A stretch of DNA of 62,844 nt, filler included, from Diploschistes diacapsis (Eukaryota), in assembly GCA_023645945.1 (NCBI GenBank). It is 8 parts of 8 records of this genome, joined end to end, with 100 filler letters (N's around TTAATTAATTAA, not from the genome) between each part and the next. Parts side by side here need not be neighbours in the genome. Positions count along the whole stretch, not along the records: positions 53,948 to 56,098 come from JALAIB010002342.1; positions 56,199 to 58,349 come from JALAIB010002343.1; positions 58,450 to 60,599 come from JALAIB010002344.1; positions 60,700 to 62,844 come from JALAIB010002345.1; 4 more parts are not named here. One strand, given 5' to 3'. A program made the translations under genes and the position numbers. Each line of letters opens with the position of its first letter. Within the stretch, counting starts at the first letter, position 1. Shown here piece by piece: positions 53,848-62,844 of the stretch. The notes beneath the pieces were generated by a model. That model saw only the letters and a list, made by a program, of their open reading frames with translations. It was not told the DNA's origin and searched no databases.

Positions 53848-54423
53848 NNNNNNNNNNNNNNNNNNNNNNNNNNNNNNNNNNNNNNNNNNNNTTAATTAAT
53901 TAANNNNNNNNNNNNNNNNNNNNNNNNNNNNNNNNNNNNNNNNNNNNCTTGTAGAAATAGAGATCATAACATTTTCGTAATAAAATTTGTAAAACTTATT
54001 ATAATATATATTTCATTTGTTGAGTTTTAAATTAATAAATTCCATAAATATTGCATTATAATTATATATTATTATGACATTGTTATTATATTACGTGCTC
54101 GGTTACTAGGGTCTGTTCGGGTACTCGGGTTACGACTCTATAAAGCTCAGTAACATAATCTAGCTTCAGTTGACAACGTAATTCATTCATAATCTATTAA
54201 AGTTTAATACGTGTATAATCTTTGACTGGCACCGATAATTTGATTTGTATATAAAGGAGCTTAGTTGCTTCTCCGGGAACATGTAGATATAATGCTAAGA
54301 TTATCGACAATGCAACCAACATGTATCAGCACCTATATATCAGGAGTTTGTTAAGGAAATGAGGGTTGTTGATCTTCCTCACATCGCCCAAACTTCTTGG
54401 AATTTCAGGGCCACTGAAATCAC

Positions 54424-55755
<1,332 letters not shown>

Positions 55756-56198
55756 CTAAACTAACTTGAAATTGAAGTACTAGAAAATATAAGTCCCTGT
55801 ACTCAAGGGTAGATATCATTAGAAACCATAGAGACTGGATGACGTGTAAGCCCGGGCCGTGTAATAGCGATTTGCAAAGTACTATGTCTCAGGACAATTG
55901 TAGTAACGGTAACTTTTGGAAATGTGATTAAAATCATAGATTTTCATTCAGGTTCTATAAGGCTAAGAAAAATCTGGGCTAAGAAATATATTTATACATT
56001 CATCAATAATATAATTATTATTTAAATTAATGAAAAATATTTGGTTTTAATAATATATTAATTTCCCTCCGGGGACATGTGTAACGCCCGCAGTGTGCNN
56101 NNNNNNNNNNNNNNNNNNNNNNNNNNNNNNNNNNNNNNNNNNTTAATTAATTAANNNNNNNNNNNNNNNNNNNNNNNNNNNNNNNNNNNNNNNNNNNN

Positions 56199-56427
56199 TG
56201 TTTATATATAATCAATTCGTTCGCCGTTTATTATAAATTTAATAAATAATGCTCTCGAGGCTCGCCGTTTACGAGAATGAATGCGACCATCGAGCGGTGA
56301 CGAAAGCACGCTCGCCGTTCACGAGAGTGAACGCGAGTAGTGAGCACATCACGTGACCTCCCGTCCTGTGACTGGCCTATATACAACAAAGCTGGGACGT
56401 GCCAAGTCTGGTACTTGGATCGTAACA
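56199..56427. mobile_element. End of an LTR inserted into a pogo transposase
   Basis: GC-richer block ending ...CGTAACA directly before the transposase 3' remnant. Confidence 0.55.
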
Positions 56428-56726
56428 AAAAAACATAAATTAAATAAACGAATTAAATTAAAAGATCGTTTTATATTTAATAAAAACGAAATTGTTAAAA
56501 TAATAATTCGAGCTAAATCGAGTCGAATAATTTCGAAACGATTTATAACGCGTAAGAAACGTCGTCGCGTTTCTAAAATCGAGAAAGATGAAAAAAATAG
56601 ATTCGATTTAGATCGATTAGATTCTAATTGCCACGAATAAATTGTATTTAAAAACCGTAAAATGTTAGCGGTAGTGATTTAGGGTGGCCGGAATCTGGGG
56701 GTGGCCGGAATCCCCGTGAAACAGGT
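56428..56726 (+). mobile_element. 3' end and TIR of pogo/Fot1-like transposon (RIP-degraded)
   Basis: KRIKLKDRFIF...RKKRRRVSKIE C-terminus shared with two other copies; TIR at 56683-56726 followed by TA. Confidence 0.85.
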
Positions 56727-56728
56727 TA

Positions 56729-57300
56729 ACTTAAAGCGATATATAATTTTAGCGTAAGAACGATAGAAGCGATACGCGGATAAATATTAACGTTTCGTTA
56801 AAAAAATTAATCCCGATGGTTTAATTTAGTTGAATATACGTAATATTAGAATTACCCGAGCCTGTAAGAAATCAAATTATAAATTAATCGGCCTTTATAA
56901 CGTGTTACGAAAGCTAAGCGACGTCGATGACGAACTAGATTTACTAACATTAATATAATAATTCAAAATCTTTCACTCGTCTTTGCTTTTAAAAGACCTA
57001 TAAGACTTTTTAAAGAAATAAAAGCATTTTAAATTATTTTCGGTAAAAGTAGAAATCGGAAAAGAATAAGAAATCGAAGAGATTCTCGACGTTAGAAAAG
57101 GCCCCGAGAGAAAACTAAATGTCTAATATAAAATACGTCGGGTAAGATAGTTAACCGAGGATAATTAATATTTCGTTACGAATTTCGAAAGTATTTTCGA
57201 CATCTTACGGGAGTTATATTAACAAAATCTTAAAAAAGTGAAACCCCCGTGATTAATAGCGGCCAAAGACAGGCAACCCACGTCAGTAAGAACTATAAAC
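56729..57300 (+). mobile_element. RIP-degraded chromoviral Ty3/Gypsy integrase C-terminus with chromodomain
   Basis: RACKKSNYKLIGLYNV (GPY-like), IFHSSLL, E*EIEEILDVR...YKIRRV...EDN*. Confidence 0.75.
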
Positions 57301-57861
57301 GGGTGCGAATTTTTAAAATAAAAAGCTATCGATTATCACGACGATCATCTTCCTATAGAATTTAAGAATATATTTAATTAGAAACGACGCTGAAAATGAT
57401 TTAAAGAAATAGAAAATATTAAATATAAAGAAATAACTGTTATCTTTTTAAAGAAATAAAATAAAAGAGTGAAAATCGAGGTGCAATATGACTAAAAAAG
57501 GAGCATCGCGTTTATAAGAAATATAAACATCTGGAGAAAAGGGTAATAAGATAGATTAATTTAGGCGCCTACTAAGCCACCGGGGTTATATAACGACAGG
57601 GTTACATAACGATAAGGTTACATAATAGATGCCAGCCGTACCAAGGATGTTAAGGGGTGGCTATGTAGGCGGGTAGTGCCTGAACCGCATAGGACTGGTA
57701 TCTACATATTATTTATTTATGTTATATTCTTTCTTAGATAGTTTCTTCTCTAGCTTTTCGAATCGAAACCTTTTACCTGCAGATGTCCAGCTACACGTAA
57801 TCCTTCCGGATCAGGCCCAGCCCCCGGTATTGTAGTATCCCATTCATGCGCTGGCGTTTCA

Positions 57862-58349
57862 CTAGTCGTCGCAATCAGAATCTAATCGATCCGAATCGAA
57901 TCTATTTTTTTCTTCTTTATCCTCCTCGATTTTAAAAACGCGACGACGTTTTTTACGCGTTATAAATCGTTTCGAAACTGTCCGATTCGATTTAACCCGA
58001 ATTGTTATTTTAAAAACTTCGTCTATATTAAATATAAAACGACCTTCTAATTCGATTCGTTTATTTAATTTACGTTTTTTACGATTATTAAGAAACGTTT
58101 TTTGTTCTCGAAATTCTTTACGAAGCGTTATAAATTTAATATACGTCGATTTAAGCATACGGGTTATTCGACTCGAATAACGTTAAATCGGATTAATTAA
58201 TTTTAAAACGGCTCATAACGTCTAATTAAATTTTATTGACCTTTCGTAGTTCAGTCGCATTTAATAAAGAGCTATATAGTAAGAATAAATCTAAATCGAA
58301 TTAATTCGAGGTTAAAAAAGGCTATAAGATGGAGGTAAAGGGGTTTAAT
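57862..58349 (-). mobile_element. pogo/Fot1-like transposase 3' fragment (RIP-degraded)
   Basis: Highly similar to 59365-59850; differences are mostly transitions. Confidence 0.85.
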
Positions 58350-58689
58350 NNNNNNNNNNNNNNNNNNNNNNNNNNNNNNNNNNNNNNNNNNNNTTAATTA
58401 ATTAANNNNNNNNNNNNNNNNNNNNNNNNNNNNNNNNNNNNNNNNNNNNAATGGATATATTGAAGTCTAGAGGTCTATCTAGGAGGTTATCCTACTTTGC
58501 AGACTTTTATCCTTATGGGATACGCTAAGCCCTATTACCTACACTATTCCTAAACCGGTCTAATTAGGATTCCAAGAGGTTCAGTTGAACTGAACCTCCC
58601 TCTGGAATTTAGTTAAACTCCCAGCTATGCTTTCTACCTGTCTACTTAACATTCCCTCACAGGCGGAATCGTCCGGCATGACTATATAG

Positions 58690-59279
58690 TTTAATTAAAT
58701 ATCTTTTGGACTAAACCGAGTCCCTTAATAAAGGCGTCGTGTTTCGAGTAATTTAATAATTTCGTAAGCTTATCAGCAACCATTTTATCGATAAAAACAT
58801 AAAATACCTTGATACGTCCCTACTTAACCAGATCTCGTACGTAATGATAAGTAATATCGATATGTTTTAAACGATCGTTAATCCTTACGTGCTTTATTAA
58901 ATTTAAAGAATCAATATTATCACCGAGTAAATTAATAGTATATAAAGATGGTCTTATAAGGTCAGAATAACCAATATCTCTTAAAAACTGTAAGCATTAT
59001 AAAGCTTATTTAGCGGCGTAAAATAAATCAATATACTTAATTTCTATAATTGACGTTAAAACTGAATTCTGTTTCTTACTTATTTAAGATATTAATCCAC
59101 CGCATAATTAAAAGATATATCTATACGTAAACTTTCGATTTAACTTATCTCCCTTATAATCTATATCGGAATATCCCCGTAATTTCGAAAATTTAGGTTT
59201 AGAACTGAATTAAACTTTAGTATCCTTTATCTTCCGAATGTAGCGGAGTAGTCCCTTTAAAATATATAAATAATAGATA
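58690..59279 (-). mobile_element. RIP-degraded Ty1/Copia RNase H fragment
   Basis: GYSDIDYKGD, LIS*ISKKQNSVLTS, LLGDN, RLKHIDITYHYVRD and MVADKLTK motifs. Confidence 0.88.
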
Positions 59280-59281
59280 TA

Positions 59282-60513
59282 ACGTGTTTGACGGTGAGTC
59301 CGGCCACCCCCAGAGTCCGGCCACCTCAAATCACTATCGCCAACATTTTACGGTTTTTAGATACAACCTGTTCGTCGTAATTAGAATCTAATCGATCTGA
59401 ATCGAATCTATTTTTTTTCTCTTTATCTTTCTCGATTTTAAAAATGCGACGACGTTTTTTGCGCGTTGTAGATCGTTTCGAAATTGTCCGACTCGATTTA
59501 ACCCGAGTTACTATTTTAAGAATTTCGTTTGTATTAAACATAAAACGATCTTTTAATTCGATTCGTTTGTTTAATTTACGTTTTTTACGATTATTAAGAA
59601 GCGTTTTTTGTTCTCGGTTTTCTTTACGAAGCGTTGTAAGTTTAGTATACGTCGATTTAAGTATACGGGTTATTCGACTCGAATAACGTCGAATCGGACT
59701 AGTTAATTCTAGAACGGCTCGCAACGTTTGATTAAATTCTTTATTAACCTTTCGTAGTTCGGTCGTATTTGGTAGAAAGTTATATAGTAAGAATAAATTT
59801 AAATCGAATTGATTCGAGGTTAAAAGAGGGCTATAAAATGGAGGTGAAGGGGTCCGGTAGGTCGAATAAAGCTTATTAAATACGGTTATAAAATTAATAA
59901 ATTATAATTTAGTATCTATAAAGCTTGTTTAAGCGTTTTAACTCGTAATAACTCGATTCTGAGTTGTTAAAAATAATTCGATTTATTCCGAACGTGCCAT
60001 ACGCGATCTATTAAGTCGAGTAATATGATCTGTCTTTTGCGCCAACGCGCTTTTTAACGGCGAAAATACTGCGATATCGAATGATTAAAGAAGATAAAAA
60101 TTATGCGAAGGTAATATTATCAGATCGATTCGATTAGATATATAAAAGCGAATAATATTAACGGTAATATAACTGCCATAATCGTTTATAATTAATAAAC
60201 GACGCGTTTCGGGTCGATTCGGTTTGGTTAAAGGTTTAAAGATACGTATAAGTTATTAATATCCGTGTCTATCTGTTATTTATCCTTTATTACTGGTATT
60301 AAACAGTCAGTTTCGAGGCGTTTCGACTAAAATCTAGTTATTATTAATATTTATTACTTTAAAAAGGATTATAGGCGGTAATATCGCGCTAATAATTAAG
60401 GTATATTCGATCGTAGTTATTTATTTTTTTTAAAAACCTATTAATTCGAGCCTGTTCGACTCGAAAGGAAAGTTTTAAATAAAAAACTATTATTAATGCT
60501 AAAACCTAATTCG
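59282..60513 (-). mobile_element. pogo/Fot1-like DDE transposon (3' part with TIR), inserted at a TA in the Copia remnant
   Basis: TIR ACGTGTTTGACGGTGAGTCCGGCCACCCCCAGAGTCCGGCCACC after TA; DDE remnants RRLLIINDYGSYIT and LPSHNFYLL*SFDIAVFSPLK. Confidence 0.9.
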
Positions 60514-60599
60514 TGTAACGGCGGGGGGAAGTGCCTAATAGGTAGCGCTATCCCACTAAACCAAAAGACTAACCACAATGCTTTCAAGAACCCCGAAGC
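60514..60599 (-). mobile_element. Partial copy of the 40-209 LTR family, inserted in the pogo transposase
   Basis: Reverse complement of about 125-209; ends at the TGTAAC terminus; cut by the contig end. Confidence 0.88.
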
Positions 60600-60699
60600 N
60601 NNNNNNNNNNNNNNNNNNNNNNNNNNNNNNNNNNNNNNNNNNNTTAATTAATTAANNNNNNNNNNNNNNNNNNNNNNNNNNNNNNNNNNNNNNNNNNNN

Positions 60700-62574
60700 G
60701 TTTTTTATAATAATTCCTTTTATTTTTTTATTAAATTCCGGTTCGGTACGCGTTAAATTCGTTAATATTACGATTTTAGGCGAATTTTCGATTAAGTTCT
60801 AGAAACCGTTCGAAAACGGGAAGTAAAGCGACTTCGATGAAATAATTAGGACTATAAAAGAAATCGAAAGAAGGAAAAAACGCGAAAGATAAACGTGGGA
60901 ATACGATCGTTTCCCGTGTCTTATATTAATCGTTAGGAAATGCGTCTCGGTTTATTTTCGAAATATTTTCGGCTTTATATTATATTTCTTGCGAGCGCGG
61001 TTCGCTGCCGTTTAGTTTACGAAACATTATCTCGATCATAACGGGTGGCCTTTATAATTATAATTTACGCATTTATAACCTTAAGGTTATTCTTTCGTCG
61101 AGTAAACGTTCGTCTCGTAAATCGTACCCGCGTAAAACCCGTAATATTTCGATCGTCCGTAACGGACTATTATGTATTTAAAGCTGTAATAATTAAAATA
61201 TTACGTAATACGATAGCTTCCGTAAAATAGTTCGCAATCGTGAATTTTATTATTTTAAAAAAAATCTTTCGTTATTAATCTATTAACTATTTCCGGCGTT
61301 TCGATTATAATAAATAATAAATTTATTTTCTTTCCGTTCATTAAAGTTCGCTTTTTTTATATTATTCGGCGTATTATATTCCTTAAATTCGGGTTTATTT
61401 TATTAATAACGTATACCGCCGCGTTTTATTCCGTAATATTTACGGAGCTTATCCGTATCCTATACGTTATTATTATAAATTTTTTTCGTATTACCTTCGC
61501 CTTTCGTTCGAGCATCGTTATTTATTCTTTTATTTTCTCGGCTTCGTTTTTTATTTCTTTTTGATTTATTACGAATCTTACGTCCCTATTAAGGAGCCGT
61601 CGGGCTGTAATAATGTTCTTTATTCCAGCTTTTTTCGCGTCCGTTACTAACTCGGGCCCATTCCGTTACTTTCTCGTTTATATTTTATCTCTTAACCGAA
61701 TTGTGATCTTTTTAATCGTTCTTTTTAGTACTTTTATTACCCTATTCTTTCTCCCGGGGGTAGAACTCATTATTTAGATCCAGCTTTTATTCTCGATATT
61801 ATTACGATTGTTTTTTTATTTTTTTATAGTCCTTTATATCGCTTTTATATTTTCTTTAATCGTGTTTAATTTTTCTTTTAATTTTAACGCGTTTTTTTTA
61901 CGGTTGAGTTCCGGCGCGCCGGCGCCGTTTCCGCGTATCGCTTCCGTTATTATAGTCTAGAATTATATTAATCTTTCGCTTTATTTTACTCTCACGTATG
62001 TCTCGATTGCTTACATTGCGTCTTTTAATTTATTTTTCGCGTTCGAGCTCCCCGCCGGCCCGCATGCGCGGTCTTACTAGGGATAAGACGCGTCACGACG
62101 CGACTCTCCTTCTCCTCGTTGCGTTATTGCCATCTCTCCGTTGTTGCCCTGGGGGCGATTATATAATCGATCTCGTAACTCCTCAATTGTCAAATTCGAT
62201 TAAAGATCTTCTAATCGACCGAATTATATATTAATGATTAATATTACTAAAATATAAAAGATTAACGACACGTTAAAAATCTATTATTATATAATTAACG
62301 ATAAAGATACGTTACGATACTTAAACGTTCTAAAAACAAAACTTAGGAGAAAAAAGGATAATTATAATATATAAAATCTAATAAGGGCTATTAAAAGGTA
62401 TGCCAAGCATATATTAAAGCCCGCTAACGTGTTCTTATATAAAAATAGAGTTTTCGCAGATAGAGATAGTTTTTCAGAAGTTATTTCATCAATACATCTA
62501 TCGTTTAGCAGAGATCTAGCCACCGAATAGCCACTTATCTGCCTTATTGTCACACTGTAGTATTAACCTTTACA
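60700..62574 (-). mobile_element. RIP-degraded retroelement sequence ending in the TGTAAAGG LTR family
   Basis: 62230-62574 matches 50613-50950 in reverse; the remainder is AT-rich, CpG-retaining and stop-ridden. Confidence 0.65.
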
Positions 62575-62844
62575 CTAGCCGTTGTATGGCCAAATTATTT
62601 AAAATCTTTCGTATTTTGACGAATAAAGCCACACAACGACTTTATAACGTAGAAAATATGTTGTTTTTATATTTTTAATGAAATCTACGCATAAAACTGC
62701 TCATAATGGATCATCTAAATAAAAAAAATTTGCTTGGTTAAAGCAGATTTTAAAAGATCCGAAAATCCGCATTTTCGAGTCGTTCTTTTTAATTCGCCTA
62801 AAATAATTAACTGATGACGTAATCAATGTGCACCTTTTATATAT

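Overview
Filamentous ascomycete (Pezizomycotina) nuclear DNA, judged from short GT-AG introns with CTRAC branch sites, fungal-type proteins and RIP-mutated repeats. The window is not one continuous locus. It is 8 contigs joined by 100-bp N44-TTAATTAATTAA-N44 spacers, and the last six are size-sorted pieces of about 2.15 kb, so adjacency across spacers carries no information. Contig 1 (1-24680) has a RIP-degraded TE edge (solo LTR, pogo TIR, hAT MITE), then CDH1, aspartyl aminopeptidase, PHO13, PDX1, a hypothetical membrane protein, SMC1, GPC1, a small Cys4 protein, 6-phosphogluconolactonase and an RRM protein. Contig 2 (24781-49344) has SLA1, a hypothetical protein, an MFS transporter, PMT4, ATP synthase subunit e, a ubiquitin-eL40 fusion, an accessory patch (GNAT pseudogene, 2EXR protein, orphans), dynein intermediate chain and the start of a glutathione peroxidase. 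The small contigs are nested RIP-degraded Gypsy, Copia and pogo remnants, plus one island carrying an intact ferrochelatase. The two most notable observations are (1) an intact RPL40 fusion whose ubiquitin half has diverged strongly (73 aa, about 52/76 positions identical to yeast ubiquitin, hydrophobic patch remodelled) while the eL40 half is conserved, and (2) an apparent single-nucleotide exon needed to keep the aspartyl aminopeptidase in frame. All exon models and alignments were made by eye against recalled family sequences; no searches were run.
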